A stretch of DNA of 64,000 bases. Source: an uncultured Acidobacteriota bacterium (GTDB lineage: Bacteria; Acidobacteriota; Terriglobia; UBA7540). The stretch is from positions 288,001-352,000 of the forward strand of contig CAWDSK010000005.1 of NCBI GenBank assembly GCA_963804995.1, written 5' to 3'. The position numbers and the translations under genes were made by a program. Numbering within the stretch: the stretch's first letter is position 1; the number at the start of each line of letters is the position of its first letter. The notes beneath the pieces were generated by a model. The model did not search any database, was not told where the DNA came from, and saw nothing but the letters and a program-made list of their open reading frames with translations. This document shows positions 40,265 through 50,037 of the stretch, one piece after another.

Positions 40265-43200
40265 AAAAACAGCAATCAGCAGTCAGCCGTCAGTGTTCAG
40301 TGAAAAAGTATCTGAACATCCTGGGCTTTATCCTATCTGTTACGTTTGGGATACCGTCTGTTGCTCTTCCGCAGCAGCCGCAGACGCAGACTGATCCGAT
40401 CTATGCCGTTAATGCCAAGTACGTGCAAGGGGTCGGGCCCGGGTACTGGCCGACGGCCGGATCAAATCTCACGTTGAACCTCACATCCGGGACGGCCGTC
40501 TGTGGCAACACAGTTCAGACGTATGCCGGTGGCACGCTCACCTTGGCGGCCAATGCCACGAATTACGTGTATCTCAACACTGCGCAGAGCTGCATTCCTG
40601 CCTCCAACACGACCGGCTTCAATTCCACGACGATCCCCATCGCTATAGTCGGGACCAACACCAACTCCATCACCTCGATCACGGACGTCAGAACCATGTT
40701 CGTTTCAGGCGCTACCGGGACCCTCACCAGTGTCGCAATGACGGGCGACGGGGTGATTTACAACACGGCGGTTCCGGGCTCGCCGATCACTACGAGTGGA
40801 ACGCTCGCGCCTCAGCTTCTATCCCAGACTGCCAACACCCTGCTGGCCGGACCAGGCTCGGGGGTTGCCGCTCTGCCGACTTTCCGCACTTTGGTGTCTG
40901 CCGACCTGCCCACCATCGCCATCTCCGGAGGTGGCACCGGCCAGACCACTGCAGCGGCTGCGTTCAATGCCCTTTCGCCCCTTACCACGGAAGGTGACCT
41001 AAACTATTACCACACCGGCGCAAACATCCGCTTGGGTATAGGCGGTAGCGGCCAATGTCTGACCTCCAATGGCACGGATCCTGCTTGGGGTTCATGCGGT
41101 GGCGGGGGGGCTTGGAGCGCGATCGGCAATCCCACTGCCAATCTCACTCTCTCGATGTCCACTTACACAACGACATACAACCACACGTCGGCAGCGAACT
41201 GGACCTGGGCGAACACGACCGCAGCAACTTCCGGCACAGCTCAGTCCAGCCCCATTTTCAATCTTTCTGGCACCTATTGGACAGGTGCTGCCTCCGGCGC
41301 GGATAGCTGGTCGCTTCAAGACCTCATAGCCAGCGGCACCAACGGAAACTCGATACTGACTTTAGCCCATGCTGGGTCGACCACCGGGATAGTTTCAGTC
41401 AGTGTTCCAAACCTGATCAATACGAGCACCACCCAATATGGGGTGGAGTACGGCGGTGGAGCGTCGGCCGTCATCAGATCGACAGCGGCAGGAGGTAGTG
41501 GAGTTCCTTTGCTGGGCCAGGGGGCAAGTGCGGCTCCGATTTTCGGTGCCCTGAATCTTGCGGGCGGCTCATCTATCGTTACCGGAACTCTTCCCTTTGG
41601 GTATGGCGGGACAAACTCCACTTCGTTTACGCAGTATGGCGTAGTGGTGGCCGGTGCGAGTTCCTTGAGCACAGTCGGCCCAAACGCCTCAAGCGGATTG
41701 CCGTTGCTTTCACAGGGTGCCTCTGCGAACCCGGCCTTTGCTGTGTTGGGTATCGTCGGCGGTGGCACCGGCCAAACCACTGCCACCGCTGGCTTCAACG
41801 CCTTGTCCCCTCTCACTACTGAGGGTGACCTGCTTTACTACCATACTTCAGCGAACGCCCGCCTGGCCCGGGGCACGAATGGCCAATGTTTGACTTCGAA
41901 CGGTACGGATCCTGTTTGGGGCTCCTGTAGCACTGGAAGCGGAACCGTAACCAGCGTGGCTCTCGCGATGCCTTCGATCTTCTCCGTCTCCGGTTCACCG
42001 GTGATAAACTCCGGCACGCTGACGGCGAGCTTGACGAGTCAGACTCAAAACCTGGTTTTTGCGAGCCCGAGTGGAAGTTCGGGCAACCCGAGCTTTCGAT
42101 CCCTCGTAGGAGCTGACCTGCCCGCTCCGACATCATCCACCTTAGGCGGAGTCAAATCCCTCACTTGTTCGGCCAGCCAGTTTGTTAATCAGATTTCCAC
42201 CGCAGGCGCACCAGTATGCGCTACCCCCAGCGGTGGTGGTTCGGGCCTGGGCAACGGGGGAACCGTCATCGACGCCAGCTTGCAAGCAGGGTCAGACTTT
42301 GGAGCTAAGGTCAACGCAGCCCTTGCCCTATTGCCAGCGACGGGAGGGGTAGTGGACGCACGGGGTCTGGTGGGAACTCAATCATCCTCTTCAAGTATCA
42401 CCATTCCGCGAGCGGTCACTGTGCTTCTAGCCTGCGGGCTAAACGTAACCTTCACTGTGGCCCCTATGTTCACAGTTTATGGCAATCTGGTTGGGTGTGG
42501 CGGCCATATGGCTGGCCCGCAGACTTCGCTCAGCTTGAGCGGAACCACCGGAGGCAGCGCGATCGTTGGGGGAAGTGTGACCGGTGTCGCCATCTACGGG
42601 GTCTCAACTTCTGACGGGTCAATTGGCTTTGACTGGAGCAGCGGACCCTCAACCTCACAGTTGACAAATAGCTCAGCCTCAAACTTTCAGTATGACTACA
42701 AGATTGGTGGCGGAGGTTCGGAGTCATCCTACAATCACTTGGAAGATGACGCTGCCTACGGGGCTGGAACATATGGGTTTTGGGTCACGGGGAACGCGGC
42801 TTTCAATGAACTTGAACATCTGAATTGCGCGGGCCTGCAAACCTGCTACGAGTTTGATGCGCAGGTAGGTACGGCGGTCAACCTGAGTGCGGAGAGCTTC
42901 ACTGTCGATGCGTTTGCCTTCAATAATTCTGGGAGTCAAGTTTTTGGGGCCTACATCGAAAACGGTCCAGTGCCCGTCCATTACAAGGGGGGCTATAACA
43001 ATATTGTTATGGGTGGCACTGCCAGAATCGTCGGGTCGGGAGTAGTCTACGACGCAGGCGTAGACCAAATATCCAATTACCTCCAGGGCGTGGATTTCGG
43101 TGGAGGTCCGGCATACATGGGCTACTGGGCCATGACTTACCCTCTCTTTAACTTCCCCGCCCTGAATGACCCATTCACGACTGAATTGGACCCTAGCGTG

Positions 43201-45120
43201 TCTTGGGGCGGTACTTGGCAGGCACTCCAGTATAGCCCGAAGGGAAGTCACGGCCCCACGCAGGGCTACTCGGGTTATGCGCCCATCGGTCTAGGCGGCA
43301 TCGAGAATCGCGGCGGCATTACCACTTGGGGCAGCCTTGTGGTTAATGGCCTTCCCAGCGGATCAAACATTCCAGCGCCCACCATGGCGTGCACGGGAAG
43401 CGGTACAGGAACCACGTATACGGCGTCTCTGGTAATTAGCGACTGGAACGGCAATAAGACAACGCCCAGCACTGCCGCCACAATCAAGTGTCCCAATCCG
43501 CCATCTGGGACGTACCCGATTACTGTCACCCCCGTAACATCTTGGTATGGTAGTCCGGCAAATGGCGTCAAGTCCTACGACTACCTTTGGGGCGACACCG
43601 CGCACAGCTTCGCGCTTGCAACCCTTGGGACTCAGAGTTACACAGGTGGAAGCCTTGGTGCCTACACCGCAGCCGCGCGCAACGCAACGGGGGATGGCTA
43701 CGTTAACGGGTGGCTTGGGGTGGGCACCTCCACGCCAGGACGAGCCTTGGAGTTAAGTTTCAATGCCATCTCCTTGGGAGATCAGGGATTTAGGTTATCC
43801 TACAGCCCCTCCCCGACTAGTTATTACGGTGAGATGGTCCAACACTATAACGGCTCCGGAAACGGGTTTAACTACAACTTCAACCTGCATGATGCCGATA
43901 CCGCATACTCGGGAACTCCATTTTCGATCTCTTCGCACGGCCAGGTTGGAATTGGAACGGCCAACCCCGGACAACAGCTTGATGTTGCGGGCGGTTACGT
44001 CCGCTCCGACACGGGTTTTTGCATCACGTCGAACTGTGTGACCTCGCTGTGGTCAAATCCCATGACCACCCTGGGTGACATTGTTTACGCTGGTGCGGGC
44101 GGAGCCGGCACGCGGCTGGCGGGCAACACTTCCGCAACGACGTATTTCCTCGGTCAGACCGGGACTGGCAGCGCCTCCGCAGCCCCCATATGGTTGCAGC
44201 TCAACTTTGGGAACATCTCGGGCACTGTCCAGCCCGGGCAGCTTTTGACACCCGTGAACGCGCAGGCGGGCACGAGCTACACAATTGCCATAAGTGACCA
44301 GAACAATCTCGTCACCTTCAACAACAGTTCCAGTGTTGCCCTAACCCTGCCACAGCCTGGAGGCTCCTTTCCGGCGGGTTTCGCGATCGAGATTGAAAAT
44401 CTTGGAGCGGGTGTCGTGACTGTGACACCGACTGCGAGTACCTTGAATGGGCAAACCAGCCTGACCTTTGTGCAGAATCAGGGCGCTACGCTCGTCAGCG
44501 ACGGCACAAATTGGAAGGCCAACCTCGGGTACGGAATTCAAGGGGCAACGAACTTGCTTACCCAGTACGCCGTTCCCTTTGTGACCTCCCAGGGCACGAT
44601 CAATCAGATCAGCAACAACACCACCACTACCCCCATGTATCTAAAGATGACCGGCACTGGTGTAACAGGACAGCTTCCCGCCTGGGGAACACTTACTACT
44701 GGAGATTTGCCGTCGCACTTGGCCACCCTCTTGACTCTGTGGTGCTACAGCGCCTTGAGCGCAACCTCCGGGACATACTATTTCGGTGGCTTCGGGGGGG
44801 TGCAGACAGCTTGTAATTCGCTTACTACCACCCTGACGGGCGGGATGCCGGTTGGCGTGGGCGGCACAATCAAGAACCTCCGTTGCGCCGCGGGAGCAGC
44901 AGGGCACGCTGCGGGAAGCGGAGTAATCAAAATCTACGACGGCGGATCCGCCAAAAGCCCCACCTGCACGATCGGTACAGGGACAACGTGTAGTGACACA
45001 TCTAATTCCTTCACCTATGCTGCTGGTGATCTGATTCAATTCTCTGTGGCGAGTGGGGGCGCCGGCGAAACTTTGGCCAACGTCTCCTGTTCGGCTGAAG
45101 TTTGGGTCAGTGCTAACTGA
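40258..45120 (+). CDS. Tail fibre / adhesin with signal-peptide-like N-terminus
   Basis: Gly/Thr/Ser-rich; GGTG fibre repeats; beta-helix-like centre; VGIGT..P...LDV motifs. Confidence 0.8.
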   Translation: MVKKQQSAVSRQCSVKKYLNILGFILSVTFGIPSVALPQQPQTQTDPIYAVNAKYVQGVGPGYWPTAGSNLTLNLTSGTAVCGNTVQTYAGGTLTLAANATNYVYLNTAQSCIPASNTTGFNSTTIPIAIVGTNTNSITSITDVRTMFVSGATGTLTSVAMTGDGVIYNTAVPGSPITTSGTLAPQLLSQTANTLLAGPGSGVAALPTFRTLVSADLPTIAISGGGTGQTTAAAAFNALSPLTTEGDLNYYHTGANIRLGIGGSGQCLTSNGTDPAWGSCGGGGAWSAIGNPTANLTLSMSTYTTTYNHTSAANWTWANTTAATSGTAQSSPIFNLSGTYWTGAASGADSWSLQDLIASGTNGNSILTLAHAGSTTGIVSVSVPNLINTSTTQYGVEYGGGASAVIRSTAAGGSGVPLLGQGASAAPIFGALNLAGGSSIVTGTLPFGYGGTNSTSFTQYGVVVAGASSLSTVGPNASSGLPLLSQGASANPAFAVLGIVGGGTGQTTATAGFNALSPLTTEGDLLYYHTSANARLARGTNGQCLTSNGTDPVWGSCSTGSGTVTSVALAMPSIFSVSGSPVINSGTLTASLTSQTQNLVFASPSGSSGNPSFRSLVGADLPAPTSSTLGGVKSLTCSASQFVNQISTAGAPVCATPSGGGSGLGNGGTVIDASLQAGSDFGAKVNAALALLPATGGVVDARGLVGTQSSSSSITIPRAVTVLLACGLNVTFTVAPMFTVYGNLVGCGGHMAGPQTSLSLSGTTGGSAIVGGSVTGVAIYGVSTSDGSIGFDWSSGPSTSQLTNSSASNFQYDYKIGGGGSESSYNHLEDDAAYGAGTYGFWVTGNAAFNELEHLNCAGLQTCYEFDAQVGTAVNLSAESFTVDAFAFNNSGSQVFGAYIENGPVPVHYKGGYNNIVMGGTARIVGSGVVYDAGVDQISNYLQGVDFGGGPAYMGYWAMTYPLFNFPALNDPFTTELDPSVSWGGTWQALQYSPKGSHGPTQGYSGYAPIGLGGIENRGGITTWGSLVVNGLPSGSNIPAPTMACTGSGTGTTYTASLVISDWNGNKTTPSTAATIKCPNPPSGTYPITVTPVTSWYGSPANGVKSYDYLWGDTAHSFALATLGTQSYTGGSLGAYTAAARNATGDGYVNGWLGVGTSTPGRALELSFNAISLGDQGFRLSYSPSPTSYYGEMVQHYNGSGNGFNYNFNLHDADTAYSGTPFSISSHGQVGIGTANPGQQLDVAGGYVRSDTGFCITSNCVTSLWSNPMTTLGDIVYAGAGGAGTRLAGNTSATTYFLGQTGTGSASAAPIWLQLNFGNISGTVQPGQLLTPVNAQAGTSYTIAISDQNNLVTFNNSSSVALTLPQPGGSFPAGFAIEIENLGAGVVTVTPTASTLNGQTSLTFVQNQGATLVSDGTNWKANLGYGIQGATNLLTQYAVPFVTSQGTINQISNNTTTTPMYLKMTGTGVTGQLPAWGTLTTGDLPSHLATLLTLWCYSALSATSGTYYFGGFGGVQTACNSLTTTLTGGMPVGVGGTIKNLRCAAGAAGHAAGSGVIKIYDGGSAKSPTCTIGTGTTCSDTSNSFTYAAGDLIQFSVASGGAGETLANVSCSAEVWVSAN

Positions 45121-45328
45121 ATAGCTGGCGGGCGAGAGGAAGAGGACCCCCTTCACGACTTCACGGGGAGTGTCGGATGCGTATGACGGCATCACACATA
45201 GCCGTTGGGGTTGCCCTCTGGCTCGCCCCGCCGATTATCGCGCTTGAAGATGGATGTTGCATCGCCCCCACCCCTGTCGCACCTGACCCTCCTGCGCAAT
45301 CTGTCTCGGCTATACCATTAGATCATCG

Positions 45329-46666
45329 CTAAAGGCCTGCGGGATTATCCAACCAATAGATTGTTAATCCAGATAACAACTTAGGGTAGAAGTCGGTGGA
45401 TTTCTGTGGCAGGGGGCGGTCAGCCAATGCGTTGTCGCGCACCGCTTCCACCGGTGTAGGGTTAAGCAGGAATGCTACCTGGCCTCGGCCTTTTTCCACC
45501 TGTTCTGCCGCCAGAGGCAATTCACGGTAATACGACAAGTTTCTTTCCTCGCGTACGGCCAGTTGATCGATGCCAAGTAGCCGCTCGAGTACTAGGCGGT
45601 GCAGCAGGACCACGTCGAGTCGGCGCAGTGTTGGGGAGAGGTCCGAAAGCGCCCTGTCAAGATCGAATTCGCCGCGGAGACGCAGCAGTGCTAGTTTACC
45701 CGGCCCCGCATAGGCGGCGAGGGTCGGCCGCTCGAGGCCTGCCTCTCGGAGGCGCCGGAGGATTCGCCCTTCCCAACCGCTCGCCGGGGGTCGCACGCCT
45801 ACTTCTTCCCAATCGAACATAGCACGGGCATCGGAGGAGAATTTCGCCCAGTCGAAACCCGCAAGGTTGTGCACCAAGCGATGCGTGGGGAGGATGGTAA
45901 GGCCGTCTGTCTCCATGCGGATAAGAGTCACCATCAGGAATTCAGCGCGGTCGTCTAAGCGGTCGAGCGCACGGCAATGGTCGCGATAGGCGAGTGCCGT
46001 CTCGTAGCGATGGTGGCCGTCTGCGATGACGAGTTGCTTGTCCTTCATCGCTCCCACTACTTCCGCGAGGATCTTGGGGTCGCCGACGCGCCACACAGAA
46101 TGACGTGTGCCGTACTCATCAATGACCCGTTCCCATGGTTGGGACGAGGTGTGCAGGGCCAGCAGGTTTTCCACCTCGCCAGATGGGTCGCTATAGAGCA
46201 TGAATATTTGTCCGAAGTGCGCGCGAGTGGCCTTCAACAATTCCAGGCGATCGGCCTTGGGGCCTGAGAGCGTCTCCTCGTGCCGGTGCACAACCCGCGC
46301 TGCATAGTCTTCGAGGCGCAGCAGGGCAACGAAGCCGCGCCGTTGCTTTCGCATTCCGGGCTGGCCCGGCAGCTCATATTCCTGGTAATAAGGATAGATC
46401 GCCGGTTCGGCCTCGCCGGTGACCACGTCTTTCGCTATCCACTCGTGAAAATCGCGCGCTGCGCCCGCGTAGACCTTGTCCGCAGAGCCATCCTCCGGTT
46501 CCGTACGCCGGCGAATGATGCGCGCCAGATTGTGGGGGCTCATCTCGTAATAGCGCGACTGCATTTCTGCTGAAATCTTATCGTAGGGTTGCGTTACTAC
46601 GGCCGCGAGGGCAACGTTTTTACCCGGGTTATAATGGAACGCACGGAATGGGTGAATATCAGCCAT
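45329..46666 (-). CDS. DUF1015 family protein
   Basis: PFRA, PYDKI, HEET, IADGHHRYETA and PQKSTDFYPKL motifs. Confidence 0.9.
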   Translation of the reverse strand: MADIHPFRAFHYNPGKNVALAAVVTQPYDKISAEMQSRYYEMSPHNLARIIRRRTEPEDGSADKVYAGAARDFHEWIAKDVVTGEAEPAIYPYYQEYELPGQPGMRKQRRGFVALLRLEDYAARVVHRHEETLSGPKADRLELLKATRAHFGQIFMLYSDPSGEVENLLALHTSSQPWERVIDEYGTRHSVWRVGDPKILAEVVGAMKDKQLVIADGHHRYETALAYRDHCRALDRLDDRAEFLMVTLIRMETDGLTILPTHRLVHNLAGFDWAKFSSDARAMFDWEEVGVRPPASGWEGRILRRLREAGLERPTLAAYAGPGKLALLRLRGEFDLDRALSDLSPTLRRLDVVLLHRLVLERLLGIDQLAVREERNLSYYRELPLAAEQVEKGRGQVAFLLNPTPVEAVRDNALADRPLPQKSTDFYPKLLSGLTIYWLDNPAGL

Positions 46667-47025
46667 GAGTATCTCATCCAATCGAATGGGAGTTGAATTC
46701 CTAAAACTATCATACCGCTCGCGATGCGTTGAGGCTTGTCGCAAAAGGGCGCACACAGAATGGAGACAGTCGGCGAGTCTGAGGGGCTTGTGGACGAATC
46801 TCATGCGCTGTCGACCGGATCGGCCACAACTAGGACAAGCCTCAGGTGAGATCTTTACTGCAAAACCAAACCTTGCCACACTCGGAACGGATGACACCCT
46901 TGGTAGGTTCTCAAGCAAACTGCTAGAATGGCAGGTTCTTGAATACTGGTGTAGCTTCTCCGGGTGGCCTTACACGCACCTGAGGCCGCGCTGAATACAG
47001 GCTCTCGTCCGAAAGGCCCGCGCCC

Positions 47026-48042
47026 ATGGCTGAACTCCGCTTGGATTCCTTCACTCGCCGCTGGGTGGTCACCGGCAAGCGCCCGGTGATGCCGGATGTG
47101 CAGGACGCCAGCGGCTTGTGTCCCTTCTGCCCGGGCAACGAGCATCTGACCCCCCGGCCAATACGGGAGGTCCGGGGTGCAAGTGGCGCTTGGACGGCAC
47201 GCGTCTTTCACGATCGCGCCCCACTCTTCCTGGTGGAAGGTGGCGCCGATCGCCGTGCTGAGGGAATGTTTGACCGTATGAACAGCCTTGGCGCGCATGA
47301 AATCGTGGTGGAAACTCCCCGCCACGGTGAGACGCTGGCGCAAAGTCCGGAGGCTCAGATTACCCGCGTGTTGGAACTTTTCCGTGACCGTATCCTGGAC
47401 CTGAAGCAAGACCATCGCCTCCGTTATGTCTCACTTTTCAAGGATCAGCGTGCGCCGTCGGAAACGTTACATGGTCACAGCTACTCCCAGGTTGTTGCAA
47501 CTCCCGTGCTGCCGCAACTCCTGGAAATTGAATTCCGCTGGAGCCGTGCGCATTTCCTGAAGCGTGACCGCTGCCTTTACTGTGACGCCTTGCAGCAGGA
47601 TCTGCGGGAGGAGAAACGCGTCGTAGATCAGACTGCGGATTTCGTAGCGGTCTGCCCCTTTGCTTCGCGCTCGCCCTATGAGCTGTGGGTGCTGCCGATG
47701 CGCCATTCGTCCTCATTCGAAACCGATCTGGCGGAACCAGGGCGGACCGCTTCGCTTGCGCCCTTTCTCAAGTCCTGCCTTCAGAGGATGGAAAAGGTGT
47801 CGGAGACTCTCCACATGGTCGTGCATACTGAACCCAACTTGCAGGCTTGGAAGCACACCCAAGACTGGTGGACAACCCTGCGCGATGATTATCATTGGCA
47901 CATCGAGATTCAACCGGATGTTGAGGGGCAGCGCCGTTTTCTGGGCCCCGGAGGTTTCCACTTTAATCCCATCCCGGCTGAGCAGGCCGCGCTGGTGCTG
48001 CGCGCCCTGGAGCCTGGAGCTCAACCGCCACCTTCAGCGTGA
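47026..48042 (+). CDS. GalT-family protein with a degenerate active site
   Basis: ELR.D.....WV, CPFCPGNE, GAHEIVVETPRH, HWHIEI; HSYSQ in place of HxHxQ. Confidence 0.85.
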   Translation: MAELRLDSFTRRWVVTGKRPVMPDVQDASGLCPFCPGNEHLTPRPIREVRGASGAWTARVFHDRAPLFLVEGGADRRAEGMFDRMNSLGAHEIVVETPRHGETLAQSPEAQITRVLELFRDRILDLKQDHRLRYVSLFKDQRAPSETLHGHSYSQVVATPVLPQLLEIEFRWSRAHFLKRDRCLYCDALQQDLREEKRVVDQTADFVAVCPFASRSPYELWVLPMRHSSSFETDLAEPGRTASLAPFLKSCLQRMEKVSETLHMVVHTEPNLQAWKHTQDWWTTLRDDYHWHIEIQPDVEGQRRFLGPGGFHFNPIPAEQAALVLRALEPGAQPPPSA

Positions 48043-48056
48043 GGACGTAACAGCCT

Positions 48057-48728
48057 GTGACCGTAACTTGGAGTCAAATTCGGCTGATTGTGTTTGACCT
48101 TGACGGCACCTTGGTGGACAGCAAGCAGGACCTGGCATTGAGTGTGAACGCCATGCGGTGCGAATTGGGCCTTGCCCCCCTGCCGCTTGATCTAGTTGCC
48201 TCATACGTGGGCCACGGGGTTGCAGTGTTGGTGCGCCGCGCCCTGGGGGACCTTGCCACAGAGAAGAATATTGAGAAGGGTATAGCATTTTTCCTGAACT
48301 ACTACCGGGATCACATGCTCGACCATACAGCGCCCTACCCGGGGGTTCCGGAGGCGCTCGAAAGGCTGCGACCCCACAAGCTTGCGGTGCTGACTAATAA
48401 ACCGGTCAACTTCAGTCGGGAGATGTTGACGCGGTTGGGGTTCGCCCCATACTTTACGTATGTTTACGGGGGCAATAGTTTTCCGCTTAAGAAACCTGAT
48501 CCCATGGGCTTAAATAAGTTGATGGCAGATCTCGAAATCCCGGCCACCCAGACCCTTATGGTTGGAGATTCTGACACAGATGTTCTCACAGGGCGGAACG
48601 CGGGCGTGTGGACTTGCGGAGTCTCCTACGGATTTGGAGCGCATACGCTGAAGGATGCGCCACCAGATATCGTTCTCGATGATTTGCGAGATTTGCCTCC
48701 GTTGTTGGATGGTCAACCCCAAGCGTGA
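48057..48728 (+). CDS. HAD phosphatase (phosphoglycolate phosphatase-like)
   Basis: FDLDGTLVDS, LTNK, KPDP and VGDS..D motifs. Confidence 0.88.
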   Translation: MTVTWSQIRLIVFDLDGTLVDSKQDLALSVNAMRCELGLAPLPLDLVASYVGHGVAVLVRRALGDLATEKNIEKGIAFFLNYYRDHMLDHTAPYPGVPEALERLRPHKLAVLTNKPVNFSREMLTRLGFAPYFTYVYGGNSFPLKKPDPMGLNKLMADLEIPATQTLMVGDSDTDVLTGRNAGVWTCGVSYGFGAHTLKDAPPDIVLDDLRDLPPLLDGQPQA

Positions 48729-48837
48729 AACTGGAGGGTGAGGTTTCGGCGGGGCGCGTCAAGGTGTTCTGTAGCTTCTAGTACCCCCTCCAACTTGTCA
48801 TGGGACTCTCGCATCCAAACGAAGACGGAATTAGTTT

Positions 48838-49941
48838 ATGACATATCCCTCGGATGCAAAGCTGTCCACATCGTCTCGTGGCCGGCTAGAAACGACTCGG
48901 CTGGCGTTCAAGTGCGCCGGCATGCTCTGCTTACTGGTGAGCCTGTGTATGTTTGCGGGCACTTCCGGTTTTTCTCAGCACCCCCCTTCGGAACCACAGA
49001 AGGAAAGTGCCCCATCTCCCGCCAATCCACCGGCTTCGCCTGATCAGGAAGAACCTCTTCCGGGTGATTGGGGTCCGGAGTTGCTATACGGCATGTTGAG
49101 TTCGCCCAATGAGGAAGCTCAGTATGCCCTCCTGCGTGCCACCTTCGCGGCGGGGCCGGCCATCATTCCGCAACTTGTCGCGGCGCTCAAGGACGATCGC
49201 ACTGCAGAATTCGCGGCCCAGTCTTTGGCTTTCATCGGCGGGAAGCAGGCTTTGGATAGCCTTTGGAAATTGCTCTCCGACCCTCGCGACCTCAATCTGC
49301 GGCGCTTCACTTACGGAGCGCTCGCGGAATATGATTCGCCCCAGGCCACGGATGTTCTCTTCGACGTCATCAACAAATCTGATGATGAGCCGGACCGCAC
49401 GGTGACGGAAACCGCGGTCATTGCGCTTACAGCTCGCACCGACGCCAAACTGCTTCCCCGCTTACGCGAGGCGGAAAGCAAACTGCAAGACGTGGTCATT
49501 CGCGACGATCTGGACAATGCCCGTGCGGTACTTGAGGCCCGTGCCAAATACCTGGCATCACCTCAAGGGAAGGGAGTGGGTGGTTCGGTAGAGTCCGCTG
49601 TCCGGGCATACTTCATGCCGGCGCTTGAGCTGCCGACACCCCCGGAGACGGCGCCGATCCCCGCCGCCAATAAGGCCCCAGCGAAGCCCACGCCTCCACC
49701 CGCCCATCCGCCTTTCAAGTCCCTGGTTTCGGTAGAAGTCCGCGACGTCACGCTCTCGCCTGATAAAAGCCGCGCCCTCACCCGCGTGGTGTTCGAAGAT
49801 CCCACTGCGATGGCCTTCTACGATATCGTCTTACAAAGGCACGACGGTAACTGGACAATCGCCAGCGTTTGGCTGGGCCCTGAGGTCGAGAGACCCCAGC
49901 CGGCTGCCATACCTCCCGCAACTGGGTCCAAACCCCATTAA
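48838..49941 (+). CDS. HEAT-repeat exported protein
   Basis: Hydrophobic N-terminus; IPQLVAALKD...AAQSLAFIG repeats. Confidence 0.65.
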   Translation: MTYPSDAKLSTSSRGRLETTRLAFKCAGMLCLLVSLCMFAGTSGFSQHPPSEPQKESAPSPANPPASPDQEEPLPGDWGPELLYGMLSSPNEEAQYALLRATFAAGPAIIPQLVAALKDDRTAEFAAQSLAFIGGKQALDSLWKLLSDPRDLNLRRFTYGALAEYDSPQATDVLFDVINKSDDEPDRTVTETAVIALTARTDAKLLPRLREAESKLQDVVIRDDLDNARAVLEARAKYLASPQGKGVGGSVESAVRAYFMPALELPTPPETAPIPAANKAPAKPTPPPAHPPFKSLVSVEVRDVTLSPDKSRALTRVVFEDPTAMAFYDIVLQRHDGNWTIASVWLGPEVERPQPAAIPPATGSKPH

Positions 49942-50037
49942 CACGGTGCCCAACCCCAATTGGTTTTTGCGGGACTCGAAACCATAGCGAAGGGAAGGAT
50001 TGCCACGCCCGTGCCCTTACCCCATAATCGGAATTTC

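Larger units (their letters stand above)
13168..45120 (+). mobile_element. Mu-related head/tail/lysis gene cluster lacking replication and integration genes (GTA-like element or cryptic prophage)
   Basis: Co-oriented lysin, holin-like, TerS-like, TerL, portal, protease, capsid, tail and fibre genes flanked directly by host genes. Confidence 0.85.

Noticed and set aside
13168..45120. Contractile injection system, tailocin or complete transposable prophage
   Set aside because: No sheath or baseplate wedge genes; capsid, portal and terminase are present; no MuA/MuB or integrase.
40258..45330. Diversity-generating retroelement or invertible fibre cassette
   Set aside because: No reverse transcriptase, TR/VR pair or invertase was seen; the internal repeats do not differ specifically at adenines.
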